A stretch of 59,915 bases of DNA, the filler included. It is 6 parts of 6 records of this genome, joined end to end, with 100 filler letters (N's around TTAATTAATTAA, not from the genome) between each part and the next. Parts side by side here need not be neighbours in the genome. Positions count along the whole stretch, not along the records: positions 26,502 to 40,402 come from DRR723986_25160; positions 40,503 to 46,781 come from DRR723986_25163; 4 more parts are not named here. The stretch is one strand, 5' to 3'. Numbering within the stretch: position 1 is the first letter of the stretch; each line of letters begins with the position of its first letter. A model generated the notes under the pieces. That model did no database searches. It was not told the origin of the DNA and worked only from the letters and a program-made list of their open reading frames with translations. Positions 30,282-40,532 of the stretch are shown here, one piece after another. The translations under genes and the position numbers were made by a program.

Positions 30282-32036
30282 ATGTTTGCATCAAATCCCA
30301 TTGCAACTTCAGTTGCCGCAAAAATTCTAGCATTGGTTGCCTTCCTCAGTCTTGGCCTGCTTGTTGTGGCCGCAGTTGCCATCATTCAGATGGGAATGAT
30401 CGGGAAGGAACTTCAGAACATTGCGGAAAAGGATATTCCACTCACGCAAGCAATCAGTCAGGTTGCCAATCATCAACTACAGCAGGCAGCGGTGATTGAA
30501 CGGATCATGCGCGTATCCGGCCTGACCTCCGGCGAAGATGCTGAATCAACCGCTGCATTGAAATCCACTTTGGCCGCTCTGAACGAGCAGGTTTCCGATG
30601 AAATTCTGAAAGCGGAAGCACTCGCCCTTTCGGCACTGGAAAAGTCGGCATCCGATACGCAAAGGGACGAGTTTTCCCAAACGCTCGAACAGCTCAAACG
30701 CATCGAGAATGAGTATCAAACCTATTCTGCAGAAATAGCTGGTATCTTGGCGAAGATCGAACAGAACAACCTCTCCGATGCGAGCACCCTTCTCGTTGAG
30801 TTGGAAAAGGAACAGACCCGCCTCGACCATGAACTGGTGTCGCTACTCACCGAGATCGAGCGTTTTACGCAAACGGCAGCGTCATCTGCAGAAGAACACG
30901 AGAAACAGGCCTTTCAGCAAATCGCGATCACCGCGGCGCTGACTTTGATTTTGTGCCTTGTCGGCTCAGTCCTTTTCGCCAGATATCTGATTTCCCGTCC
31001 CTTGCACCAGGTCACCGCAGGCCTTCTGGAGCTCGCTAGAGGCAACACGGATGTGGAAGTCAATGTACGCACGAATGACGAAATCGGTCAGGTGGCAAGC
31101 GCATTCGAAACCTTCCGTGAAAACACGATCGAGATGAAGCGCCTGCAGGAACAGGCTCGCGAAGAAGAAATGCAGGCAGAAGCGGATCGTCGCGATACAA
31201 GATTGCGGTTGGCCGACGAGCTTGAAAGGCTCCTGATGACCAGCTGCGACACAGCGGTTTCTGCATTGAGTGAACTTGCGTCCGGTGCCGACGAATTGGC
31301 GCGCAACAGTCATGAAACCATTGAAAGGTCCAACACGGTTGCCGCTGCAGCCGAACAGGCTACAGCATCGGTCCAATCTGTTGCATCCGCGTCTGAGGAA
31401 CTGGCGAGTTCAATTCACGAAATCAGCCGCCAGATTACACTCGCGAATTCCTCCACCTCTCGTACATCTGAACAGGCCGAAGTTTCCGGAGAGACAGTCG
31501 GAAAACTGTCTACATCGGCAGAGGAAATTACGGATGTCCTGAAACTGATCAGCGACATTGCTGCCCAGACCAATCTGCTGGCCTTGAACGCAACTATCGA
31601 AGCAGCGAGAGCTGGTGAAGCAGGCAAGGGATTTGCCGTCGTGGCTTCTGAAGTAAAGGCGCTAGCCACGCAAACCGGACAGGCAACCGATCAGATTGGT
31701 TCACAGCTGAGCGGTGTCCAGTCCGGGGCGGCAACCTGTTCTGATGCAATTACCACGGTTGTCAAAGCCATGATGGAAATTCGCGAACAGATTTCCGGAA
31801 TTGCCTCTGCGATTGAAGAGCAAAACGCAGTTACGTCAGAAATAGCCAAAAACGCGCATCAGGTCGCGCAAGGCAGTGCCGACATTACCTTCAATATCTC
31901 CGAAGTGAACCAGGCAGCGCAGGTATCCGGCGACAGGGTGCAGGAAGTCGTGGGAGGCATTCAGAACATTTCCTCCCAGATAACGACAATTCGCGACGGG
32001 TTAGGCGATTTTCTTGGTCACCTGCGCGCAGCTTGA
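30282..32036 (+). CDS. Methyl-accepting chemotaxis protein
   Basis: Two TMs, HAMP ([10 protein letters not shown]), [34 protein letters not shown]. Confidence 0.96.
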   Translation: MFASNPIATSVAAKILALVAFLSLGLLVVAAVAIIQMGMIGKELQNIAEKDIPLTQAISQVANHQLQQAAVIERIMRVSGLTSGEDAESTAALKSTLAALNEQVSDEILKAEALALSALEKSASDTQRDEFSQTLEQLKRIENEYQTYSAEIAGILAKIEQNNLSDASTLLVELEKEQTRLDHELVSLLTEIERFTQTAASSAEEHEKQAFQQIAITAALTLILCLVGSVLFARYLISRPLHQVTAGLLELARGNTDVEVNVRTNDEIGQVASAFETFRENTIEMKRLQEQAREEEMQAEADRRDTRLRLADELERLLMTSCDTAVSALSELASGADELARNSHETIERSNTVAAAAEQATASVQSVASASEELASSIHEISRQITLANSSTSRTSEQAEVSGETVGKLSTSAEEITDVLKLISDIAAQTNLLALNATIEAARAGEAGKGFAVVASEVKALATQTGQATDQIGSQLSGVQSGAATCSDAITTVVKAMMEIREQISGIASAIEEQNAVTSEIAKNAHQVAQGSADITFNISEVNQAAQVSGDRVQEVVGGIQNISSQITTIRDGLGDFLGHLRAA

Positions 32037-32150
32037 CAACTGCTCGCCACGCTCTCCGGAACACCTGCCAAAACGACTGACCGCTGCCCCGTGTCCGCAA
32101 CACGGACACGGGATCTGGAGCCATCCGGTTTCTAACTCCCGCTCCTGCGG

Positions 32151-32771
32151 TTAATCCGTGCAGACCAGATAATTCCAAAAGACCGATCTGTCGCTTGCTG
32201 GACCAATGCAAAGTTCGATACAGATCTTGTCGGGAACCCGTCTCTTCAAGACCTTTATATTGTTCATGGGAAATCTCAGCGATCCTTGTTCCACCAGGAG
32301 CAGAACGCGGATGCGCGAGAGGCCAAGCCCTTTTGCAAGGACCTTATCCAGACGGACCTGGACGTGATCCGAATTCAGGATTGTCAGCGCCACTTTGCAG
32401 GCATCTGCACAATCGCCGGCAACCATTCGTCGTTTCAGGCTGAAATCAGTGTCCCCCTTGCCTCCGCCTCTCTCTGTGGTGTTGCAGGCGAAAGCGCTCG
32501 CCACTCCCTCATCGTTCTGCTGCAAGGCTTCCATGAGTTCTGCCGAAAGGCTGCTCACGGCCCGACGTTCAAAAATGGCCCTGTTCCATCTGCTTCCACA
32601 GACATCGCAACGATAGATCAGCCAGGCGTCAAGCTGGCTTCCATTCGCGTTCAACCGGAATTTGCCCGTCGAACCAAAAGGCTTCACAAATCCGCATCGT
32701 TGGCAGGGACGCTTTATTCTAGGTGTCTGAGAACGGACAACGGACCATTCCATGTTCAATATAGACGACAT
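32151..32771 (-). CDS. DUF1062-family protein
   Basis: C..C, F.STGKFRLNANG..LDAWLIYRC..C..WN; C-terminal S4-like RLDKVLA.GLGLSR. Confidence 0.82.
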   Translation of the reverse strand: MSSILNMEWSVVRSQTPRIKRPCQRCGFVKPFGSTGKFRLNANGSQLDAWLIYRCDVCGSRWNRAIFERRAVSSLSAELMEALQQNDEGVASAFACNTTERGGGKGDTDFSLKRRMVAGDCADACKVALTILNSDHVQVRLDKVLAKGLGLSRIRVLLLVEQGSLRFPMNNIKVLKRRVPDKICIELCIGPASDRSVFWNYLVCTD

Positions 32772-33110
32772 TCCGTGGGTCTTCCTTGCACGGGAAGTCC
32801 GTCACAGGCAGTCGGGACGGCCGGACAGCGTCAGCTATCGGCACTCAGTCTGGCTGGAAGCTATTTCGAAATGTGTGCAGTGAACCGAAACAGGATCAGA
32901 TGCGCATGGCCACGCCACACCGGCCCCGATCCGCCGCCAGGACGAACAAAGTTCATGACGCATTCGAGCGAATGCTTGGCGGGATCGATGACCGGTCAGA
33001 GTGTTGGCAAAACAAACGTCCAAATTGAAACAGAAGAGCCTCGATAGCGCTTACGAAAATGACAAGCAAGCTCAACTTGGAGTTTCGACGAGACGTCGTT
33101 TGAATTGTGT

Positions 33111-33875
33111 TCAGGTGTTGCGCGCCTGCAAAGCCAGAGCGACCAATGCAGGCCTCAGTTCAGACGGATCTTCCAATGGATCTGCAAACCAGAGACGTTC
33201 AACCTTATCTCCAGCCACAAGATCAACGCCTTCGGGATCCAGACAGGCAAGCCGCCAATTGGCCTCTCCGGCCTTCAGCAAATTCTGCGCATAAAGTTTC
33301 ACCGCATCCCTATGATCTGCGTTCATATGCGCAACCGCTCCGGCTTCCATTGAAGACCAGTCACCAGGCGAACTTACTGTTGCCAACAAGTCCTCTGTCT
33401 CCAATTCAAAAGCCTTGCCAAAGCCTCCATTCAGGCTTGCCCTGGAGAGCTCCAACCTGAAAAAGGAAAAGTCTCCGAAATCGACATAAAGTTCGGCTTT
33501 GGGATGACGAGAGAGGTAACGGTTGCGCAACCGCTCATGATCTGAACTTCCTCTCGATATCTTCACTGCCTTGCAGAAAAGAGAAATTCTCGGATGAGCG
33601 AGCGGATCGCCTTTTCCAGGTTCGCCCAACAATAGCGAACATGAAGGGTTCTCCAGAATTGCCGCCGTGTGTCCGGACAATGTACTTGTGAGGATGACAG
33701 GTGCACCATCCAAATCGGTCGCCACCGCAACCCGACTGGCAAGTGGATGCCGCGTTGCGGCTTCGAGCACCGCCAAAGCACCAAACCTCGCGGTTCTGAT
33801 CAATTCCTTGGCCAATCTTCTGGCTTGATCATCCGTCGGCCGGATTACTGATTTCGGTTCTTTTTCCAGGCTCAC
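33111..33875 (-). CDS. HugZ/pyridoxamine 5'-phosphate oxidase-like protein with DUF2470 tail
   Basis: LSGHT, GEPGKGDPLAHPR, RHPKAELY.DFGDF, LNGGFGKA, HMNADH. Confidence 0.87.
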   Translation of the reverse strand: MSLEKEPKSVIRPTDDQARRLAKELIRTARFGALAVLEAATRHPLASRVAVATDLDGAPVILTSTLSGHTAAILENPSCSLLLGEPGKGDPLAHPRISLFCKAVKISRGSSDHERLRNRYLSRHPKAELYVDFGDFSFFRLELSRASLNGGFGKAFELETEDLLATVSSPGDWSSMEAGAVAHMNADHRDAVKLYAQNLLKAGEANWRLACLDPEGVDLVAGDKVERLWFADPLEDPSELRPALVALALQARNT

Positions 33876-33947
33876 GGCCCCTCCAAGTTCTTTTTTCTGT
33901 CGGCGCAGACAAGTTGCATTCCACGGTTTTCGCCTTCACCCGAATTC

Positions 33948-33985
33948 TGAACGTCAGATGAACAGACATCTCAGAACCGGTTCAG
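33948..33985 (+). promoter_or_regulatory. Candidate operator upstream of the BA14K gene
   Basis: TGAAC-N6-TGAAC-N6-CTCAG-N6-TTCAG: 11-bp-period repeats in an inverted arrangement. Confidence 0.4.
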
Positions 33986-34057
33986 GGCGTCTATGCGATT
34001 GTCTCACCATCAGATACGGCGCCAATCGAGAACAGCGCCTGCCTTTGGAGAAAACCA

Positions 34058-34498
34058 ATGAAGACCATGAGCAAACGTCTTGTTGCCGCCGCCCTCACGG
34101 GCGCCCTTCTTTTGCCGACCTTCGCGGCTGCTGAAGCCGGCTCGCGCAACGGTTGGCGTGACCACCGTGGCGGCCACCACCATAACCAGAGACACGATAA
34201 TCGAAATCATAACCGACACAAAAACAATGATAATCTTGGCGCGGCTGTCGCGGCAGGTGTCATCGGCCTCGCTGCAGGAGCAATTCTGCTGGGTGCGACC
34301 CGCCAGCCGAGCTACGCAGGCCCGCCGCCGGTAAATCACTACCCGCCGGCTCCCTATCCTGGTCGCGTCAACACGGCCATCGGTTATCAGCCGTGGAGCC
34401 CTGCCTGGTACCAGTACTGCTCATCGAAATACCGGTCGTTCAACCCGTCGACCGGTACCTATACCACCTACCAGGGTGAACAGCGTTTCTGCCAATAA
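34058..34498 (+). CDS. BA14K-family protein
   Basis: Signal peptide, His/Arg-rich tract, GLAAGAILLG, WYQYCSSKYRSFNPSTGTYTTYQG..RFC. Confidence 0.92.
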   Translation: MKTMSKRLVAAALTGALLLPTFAAAEAGSRNGWRDHRGGHHHNQRHDNRNHNRHKNNDNLGAAVAAGVIGLAAGAILLGATRQPSYAGPPPVNHYPPAPYPGRVNTAIGYQPWSPAWYQYCSSKYRSFNPSTGTYTTYQGEQRFCQ

Positions 34499-34668
34499 GC
34501 TTGCGCCCGCCTGGTGGTACTGAAGAACTCGTGGCAACAAACGACCGACCGGCCGAACCGGTCACCCGTTTGTTGTCATACTTTTCAGAAGAGTCATGCT
34601 CCAAGGGAACTGAACAGCCTCGGTGGGCAAGTGCAACCAGGTTGTTTCGTTCAATCGGCCTGTTTGAA

Positions 34669-35889
34669 TCAATCCGCCATGGTTTCTATTGAAGCGAAGC
34701 CTTCCGGCGCAGCACCGAAATCGAACGGCGTGTCGACCTCAATGACCTTGTCGGGATAAAAACCATTGAACCTTGTGCGAAGCGACAAGCTGTAGGCACC
34801 GATATGGCCAATCTCGATCCAGTCTCCCGTGTCGACTGTCTCCGGCAGCCAGAAAGGCCTGGAAAGAATATCAACGCTGTCGCAGGTTGCGCCGCAGACC
34901 TTGAAGGGAACAATCTTGTCGGGCTGACCAGCCCGTGTTTTGCGAGCCGGGTCCGGAATGAAACGAGCCGGCAGCGTGATCTTTCCGGTCCAACTGTCGG
35001 AAAGAGACGCCCAGATGCCATCATTGATGTAAAGGCGCCGCCCCTTCTTCAACAGCACTCTGACAATGAGAGAGATCGATCGGGCCACGATCACTCTGCC
35101 TGGCTCGGCGACAAGAGGCAGGTCATCAAATTGCCAATCAGCGATATCGGCTTTCAACTGCCCCATCAATTCCACGAGCGAGGGCATCTCAGGTGCTTTG
35201 CGGCGCGGATCGTGACCATAAACGGCGGGAAACCCTCCCCCGACATCAAGCTCCACAACGGGAACGCCAGCACGTGACCTGATCCAATCGGCTGAAGCCA
35301 GCGCTCGCTCATAGGTTTCCGGTTCTTCGATCTGGCTTCCAACGTGAAAACACAATCCGCATTTGAACCCGATACGGTCGATCCGTTGCAGCAACTCAAC
35401 GGCGTGACCTGGAGCCGCGCCAAACTTCTTCGACAACTCGTAAGCAGCATGCCCCTTGGTGGCGATACGAACGAAGAGCGTGATCGTTCCAGGATCTATA
35501 TCAAGAGCCCTAACCACTCGCAGGATCTTTGCGACCTCGTCTTCGTGGTCGAGCGAAAGGGTTCGAATACCGTAGGTTTCCAAAGCTAGCCGTATGTCCG
35601 ACTGTGCCTTGATAGGATGCATGTAAAGCATCTCAGCCTTCGGCGCTGCCTCTTTCACCGCGGCGAACTCTGCAGGCGATGCGACATCGAAACAACTGAT
35701 CCCGGCCTTTGCCAGTGCCTCAAGGACAAATGGCTCACCATTCGTCTTGACCGCGTAAGCCGTCTTGCCGGGGAAGAGCGACTGGAATTGCTGCGCATCA
35801 TGCCTGAGCACGTCCGGCCGGAAACAATACACAGGCTGATCGGGACGAAGATCCAAGGCGGCGTCAATAGCTGTTTTATAACGTTCCAT
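34669..35889 (-). CDS. Type III PLP-dependent (Orn/Lys) decarboxylase
   Basis: YAVKTN, FDVAS, KFGA, FHVGSQ, DVGGGF, EPGR, CDSVD. Confidence 0.9.
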   Translation of the reverse strand: MERYKTAIDAALDLRPDQPVYCFRPDVLRHDAQQFQSLFPGKTAYAVKTNGEPFVLEALAKAGISCFDVASPAEFAAVKEAAPKAEMLYMHPIKAQSDIRLALETYGIRTLSLDHEDEVAKILRVVRALDIDPGTITLFVRIATKGHAAYELSKKFGAAPGHAVELLQRIDRIGFKCGLCFHVGSQIEEPETYERALASADWIRSRAGVPVVELDVGGGFPAVYGHDPRRKAPEMPSLVELMGQLKADIADWQFDDLPLVAEPGRVIVARSISLIVRVLLKKGRRLYINDGIWASLSDSWTGKITLPARFIPDPARKTRAGQPDKIVPFKVCGATCDSVDILSRPFWLPETVDTGDWIEIGHIGAYSLSLRTRFNGFYPDKVIEVDTPFDFGAAPEGFASIETMAD

Positions 35890-35962
35890 CAGTCCTTCCG
35901 GCGTTAGAAGTCATCGAATAGAAAGGAACAAGCTTGAGGCTGATTTGCAAGCCGGGATTGGG

Positions 35963-36751
35963 TTACTGGCAGATAATGTAATTACAGCTCTTGCCGTGGC
36001 ATCCGATATCGAGATGGAAGTGGGATTTGTGATTTGGGTCTGCATCGGGGCCGAGAACGGTGGTGAACCTTTTACAGGCAGCCTTGTGTATGGCGGACAG
36101 GAAGCTTCCGCTCTGCGTGTTGCGCGCCCAATCCTTTTCAACTGAAATCTCAGTACCGTCACTTAATCGGAAGGCCACAATATCAATGGCTTTGCCAAGC
36201 GCATGTTCGGAGAGCTTTCCATCTGGAAGATTGTTTCGTCGGCGACACTGATAACCAGGGCCTGTGAGAAACTCGGACACTGGTTTCCCGAACTGTGCTT
36301 GCGCAATGGGCAAGACATCTTCAATCACCCACGCTGTAAGTGACGTCGCAAAACCGCATGATAGCGTGGCTTTCATCGGGAAGGTAACTTCGGCATTCTC
36401 GCCACGTAACCCAGAAAGGTTGACAGGTACGGTGATCCCGCAGTCCTCATTAGCTTGATCCCCTTGCATGGGAGCAAGTTGTTCAAATGTAGCACCCGGA
36501 ATATCGCAAGTTGCCGGTGTGGAGGATTCGCCCGCAGAAGCTTTTCTGCCACTGTCGTCCGGCCCTGCCAAAAGCCCTTCCGGAAGAGTAGCTGGCTTGA
36601 TCGCCGGCACATCAACCCCCTCGATGAATCGCGAACTACCGAGGCCAGGAAGCGGCTTTTCCTGTGGCAATGGAGGATTTGCGTAAACATCTAAAGGCAG
36701 CAGGCAACACAACGCGAGAGCAGTACAAATCGACACGACGTTTAAGTGCAT
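35963..36751 (-). CDS. Extensin-like C-terminal domain protein
   Basis: Signal peptide, GYQCRRRN..KLSEHALGKAIDI, AC.RFTTVLGP..H..HFHLD. Confidence 0.88.
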   Translation of the reverse strand: MHLNVVSICTALALCCLLPLDVYANPPLPQEKPLPGLGSSRFIEGVDVPAIKPATLPEGLLAGPDDSGRKASAGESSTPATCDIPGATFEQLAPMQGDQANEDCGITVPVNLSGLRGENAEVTFPMKATLSCGFATSLTAWVIEDVLPIAQAQFGKPVSEFLTGPGYQCRRRNNLPDGKLSEHALGKAIDIVAFRLSDGTEISVEKDWARNTQSGSFLSAIHKAACKRFTTVLGPDADPNHKSHFHLDIGCHGKSCNYIICQ

Positions 36752-36849
36752 TCCCAACTCCGCACATTGTACTTGCCAGCGACCCTCATGATTGATCAAC
36801 GCTTGTCCTGCGTCTATGGTTGCATGACCCAAAAAGTGGATGGCTCCCC

Positions 36850-37476
36850 ATGACATTAGAACTCTTTTTCGCCTATGTGATTGCCACATTGATCGTCCTC
36901 GCCATCCCGGGTCCGACGATCATGCTTGTTGTCAGCTATGCTTTGACCCAGGGACGCAAGTCTGCGGTTGCCAGCGTATTGGGTGTTGGCTTGGGGGACG
37001 CGACAGCAGCAGCTGCGTCGCTGATGGGTCTCGGCGCCATTCTGGCGACGTCTGCAACAGCATTCACCGTGCTCAAATGGGTAGGGGCGATCTACCTGGT
37101 CTGGCTTGGTCTGAAAATGTGGAGAAGCCGGCCAACTGCACTTGGGCCGCATCAGGTTGCGGATGTTCCCCCCAGAAAAATATTCTGGCATGCATATGTG
37201 GTCACAGCGCTCAATCCAAAAGGCATTGTTTTCTTTATGGCTTTCCTGCCACACTTCATCGCACCTCACGCCCCAGTTGTCCCGCAGCTCGCACTTCTGG
37301 GAACGACCTTCGTCGCATTGGGTGTTTTGAATGCAGCTGTTTACGCCTATGCAGCAGCAGCTCTCGGTCAAAAACTGAGAAGTCCTTCCCTGCTTAGACT
37401 GGTAAACAAGGTGGGCGGCGCATTCCTGATCTCCGCTGCTGCGATGACGGCAACATTGCAGAGATCTGCGAACTGA
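36850..37476 (+). CDS. LysE/RhtB-family exporter
   Basis: IPGPT, LKWVGAIYLVWLG, LNPKGIVFF.AFLP.F. Confidence 0.93.
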   Translation: MTLELFFAYVIATLIVLAIPGPTIMLVVSYALTQGRKSAVASVLGVGLGDATAAAASLMGLGAILATSATAFTVLKWVGAIYLVWLGLKMWRSRPTALGPHQVADVPPRKIFWHAYVVTALNPKGIVFFMAFLPHFIAPHAPVVPQLALLGTTFVALGVLNAAVYAYAAAALGQKLRSPSLLRLVNKVGGAFLISAAAMTATLQRSAN

Positions 37477-37482
37477 AAAAAA

Positions 37483-38634
37483 TCAGCGGCTTGATGCGAA
37501 GGGAATATTCTTTTTCGACCGTACGGCTTCCGCTTCGGTTTTTTCTTCTTCAGTTTTCAAACCGAAATTAGCACCGGATTGCTTCAAGGTTTCGAGTGAT
37601 CTCCGTGCGCCATCTTCACTAAGCGCTGCATAACGCTGGATGGCAGCATTCAGCTCCAATCCGCCAATGCGCAACCGCCTGGCCCTCATCGTGAGGATAT
37701 CCTTGTAGGCTTCGGCCGTAACGCCGTTCGCCTTGCAAAGAATTATCAATGGCTTGTCGCTTGCGCTGAACAAGAGCTGGGATACCGCACTGGGTGGCAG
37801 ATTGCTTACCTTGGCAAGCAACATCCCCAGCTCCGCTGTTCGATCCGAACGGGCGAACAAGGTCACGGCATCATCGATTTTGGTCTTCTTGCTCACCACG
37901 TCACGGATCAATGCGTTGGATTGTTCACGTGCCTCTTCAAGCTTGTGCGCACGAGCGGCCACTTCGGTAGCGGCACGTTCAGCCAGGAGCTGAACAAGCG
38001 TGCTGTCGGCACCGAGTGCACTCACCCTTTCTTTCAACTCTTCTGTCAAGAAAGGCAGCAAGGCATGAGCAGCTGCGTCCGGCAAGTCGGTGCGGTTGAT
38101 CAAGGCAGCCTGGATTGCTTCACTCGATCGGGCTTTTTCCACCAATTTCAGGAAGGATGCATCAGCGAACTCTGCACCCTGGTTTTCAGCGACTTTACTT
38201 AAAACCGCCGTATCCCCCCGATCCACCAATACAGTGGTAACTGCCTTGTCGACGGTTTCACGCCCGGCAATTGCCCCCAGATGCTTCATCGACGCAGAAC
38301 ATGCGATCTCAACCAGGTCTTCTGGGGTGAGCGCAGGTGAGTTTTCCAGAACCGGGCCGGCAACCGGAAATTCATCCTGTGCCAGCTTCACCATCAGTTC
38401 ACGAGGAGCGTCTTTCTCCTTGCAAACTCGTTTGGACAGAATGATCCTGGTTTCTTCCTCCAGCTGTCCGAGAACTTTGAGAACAATGTCGCCAAATAGC
38501 AGGCTGATCTGCTCGTCACGGTCGTCACCGGAGTTCACGAACAGGTCCGTCAGCATGCTGACCAGGCTTTTGCGCCCTCCAGCACTTGTGTCCCTCGCAA
38601 GATCAGCAAGTTTTGCAAGATTGATCATCGACAC
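37483..38634 (-). CDS. DUF2336-family protein
   Basis: LTDLF, LA.DE..VA.PVLENSPALT.EDLVEIA, HL.AIAGR, LVDRGD..V..VAENQGA.F. Confidence 0.85.
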   Translation of the reverse strand: MSMINLAKLADLARDTSAGGRKSLVSMLTDLFVNSGDDRDEQISLLFGDIVLKVLGQLEEETRIILSKRVCKEKDAPRELMVKLAQDEFPVAGPVLENSPALTPEDLVEIACSASMKHLGAIAGRETVDKAVTTVLVDRGDTAVLSKVAENQGAEFADASFLKLVEKARSSEAIQAALINRTDLPDAAAHALLPFLTEELKERVSALGADSTLVQLLAERAATEVAARAHKLEEAREQSNALIRDVVSKKTKIDDAVTLFARSDRTAELGMLLAKVSNLPPSAVSQLLFSASDKPLIILCKANGVTAEAYKDILTMRARRLRIGGLELNAAIQRYAALSEDGARRSLETLKQSGANFGLKTEEEKTEAEAVRSKKNIPFASSR

Positions 38635-38988
38635 TCCGGCGCGACAGTCGCGTAAGTCTCGACATTATCAGCAGGCCCTTAACATTAAGCTACCGTTGAT
38701 TGCCGCATAACCTGGAGAAACGGCCAGCAGCAGGAAGGCCTCCCCACAAATAATTCGACGCGCCAAATAATTAAATGCAACCCTCGATCGCACCACCAGG
38801 ACAAATTAGTTCTGTTTTTTCGCAAAAGGCAGTGAACGTTTCCAATCAAGGCTTTACTTAATGCTTCCTCAACAAACACAACCCTGGAATGCAATTCTCC
38901 GCTGCGCTGCAGCATCTTTTTTGCTTCGCTTCGGCATTATGCTGACTTAGTATCACCCCGTCAGAAAGAGGTAATCGGGAGCGGACAT

Positions 38989-39072
38989 ATGACCCTTGTA
39001 CGGAACCTGAACATGATTGCCTTCCTAGCAGCCTTTGCGTTTTTGGCTGCAATTGTAGTTGGTGCAATCTGA
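38989..39072 (+). CDS. Small hydrophobic membrane protein, 27 aa (below the ORF-track cutoff)
   Basis: GGGAG RBS then MTLVRNLNMIAFLAAFAFLAAIVVGAI*, a single TM helix. Confidence 0.65.
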   Translation: MTLVRNLNMIAFLAAFAFLAAIVVGAI

Positions 39073-39376
39073 ACCAAACGGCAAGAAATCAAAGAAAACG
39101 AGCTGCGCCGAGCAGACAGCAGGACAATTCAACAAACAATTTTAGATTCCCGGCGTAGTCGGCTGCACCAGAAGGTGCAGCCGCCGAAGACGCTGTGCTG
39201 ATTCCAGAATTGATCGCTCGTACGGGTGTCGAGGGTGAGAAATAGCACCCGAACGTACTGGAGACTGGGCAATTGCCGCAGCTGCCCAGACACAACCAAA
39301 AATTTCACTTCACAGGAAGCCTGTTGCATTCCGCAATTTCAAACACTGGTATATCAGGTCTGAACACAGGTTCCGC

Positions 39377-39976
39377 TCATGCGGCCAACTCTATCGTTTG
39401 AGCCAGTGCTGCGTCACGGTTTTCCGGTTCGATCATCAATTGATCTGCCGCGATCATTGTCACATCGGAGATGCCGATAAAGCCAAGAATATGCTTCAGG
39501 TAATTTCCGGCAAAGTCGATCTCTGATCCTATTTTGGTTCCACCAGAGGCAATGATGACGTACGCCTTTTTACCCTGAAGCAGACCGACAGGTCCGTTCT
39601 CAGTGTACTGAAACGTCTCTCTTGCTCGCGCGATCATATCAACCCAGGCTTTTAGCGTAGCCGGAATAGAAAAGTTGTAAACAGGCGTCCCAATTACGAT
39701 GGTGTCTGCATCCTTCAATTCTCCAACAAGCGTGTCGGACAGAGCAAGCACCATTTTTTGTTCTGCACTCCGTGCAGCAGGATCTGTAAAAGTCGCGCCA
39801 ATCCACTCTTCGCTCAGGAACGGTACCCCTTGTGAAACATCGCGAGTAAGGACTTTTGCATCTGGTGATTTTGCCAGCAAACGTGTCACGAAGGTCTGCC
39901 CGAGGTCACGCGTCACTGAACCGGCGGTACGTGCTGAGGCATTGACATGCAGAATTGATTTCAACGGTGAGGACAT
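39377..39976 (-). CDS. azoR: FMN-dependent NADH-azoreductase
   Basis: ILHVNASAR..SVTR.L, ADTIVIGTPVYNFSIPATLKAWVD, TFQYTENGPVGLL, ASGG. Confidence 0.9.
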   Translation of the reverse strand: MSSPLKSILHVNASARTAGSVTRDLGQTFVTRLLAKSPDAKVLTRDVSQGVPFLSEEWIGATFTDPAARSAEQKMVLALSDTLVGELKDADTIVIGTPVYNFSIPATLKAWVDMIARARETFQYTENGPVGLLQGKKAYVIIASGGTKIGSEIDFAGNYLKHILGFIGISDVTMIAADQLMIEPENRDAALAQTIELAA

Positions 39977-40108
39977 CTTGATCTCCAAAGTTTCAAAACC
40001 GGCATCGGCGTTTGTTCGTTAATTGGAGATAGTTTTGATATTTTCGAATAACTAGCATTAAAATGGTAAACAGTATGTCAAGTTAACGAACAATGCCTTT
40101 TTGAGTAT

Positions 40109-40363
40109 TCAAGCCCCCCATTTAATTCCCGACAGAAGCTTGTAGAGGCCAGCCAGCGCCAACGCCCCCACAACGGTATTGATCACCTTGCCTTTGACGC
40201 TGGACGTTCCTTTGCGCAGATCACGCAGAAAATGCATGTCCTTCTGCGCTTCGATGGTGTTCTCGATATCGACGCCGAGTGCCTTGAGCACTTCTTGGGC
40301 GGCTTCCCGGCCACCTTCTTTGCCACCTTCACGGGCGATTTCCCGCATCTGATCTTCGTTCAC
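40109..40363 (-). CDS. Small phage-like membrane protein
   Basis: AAQEVLKALGVD..EAQKDMHFLRDLR plus a C-terminal TM; GGAGG RBS; overlaps the stop of a truncated upstream ORF. Confidence 0.55.
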   Translation of the reverse strand: MNEDQMREIAREGGKEGGREAAQEVLKALGVDIENTIEAQKDMHFLRDLRKGTSSVKGKVINTVVGALALAGLYKLLSGIKWGA

Positions 40364-40402
40364 TGCACGCCTCCTGCGTAGCCCTGTTTGATTTCGTCGT
40401 AC

Positions 40403-40502
40403 NNNNNNNNNNNNNNNNNNNNNNNNNNNNNNNNNNNNNNNNNNNNTTAATTAATTAANNNNNNNNNNNNNNNNNNNNNNNNNNNNNNNNNNNNNNNNNN
40501 NN
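40403..40502. other. Artificial contig spacer
   Basis: N run with TTAATTAATTAA. Confidence 0.99.
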
Positions 40503-40532
40503 CGATGGGTCAGTTTTGAATGCAGATTGACA
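40503..40532. mobile_element. Terminal inverted repeat of a probable IS21-family element
   Basis: Reverse complement is TGTCAATCTGCATTCAAAACTGACCCATCG, a TG-starting IS21-like end; it sits at a contig break and abuts a truncated gene. Confidence 0.65.
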
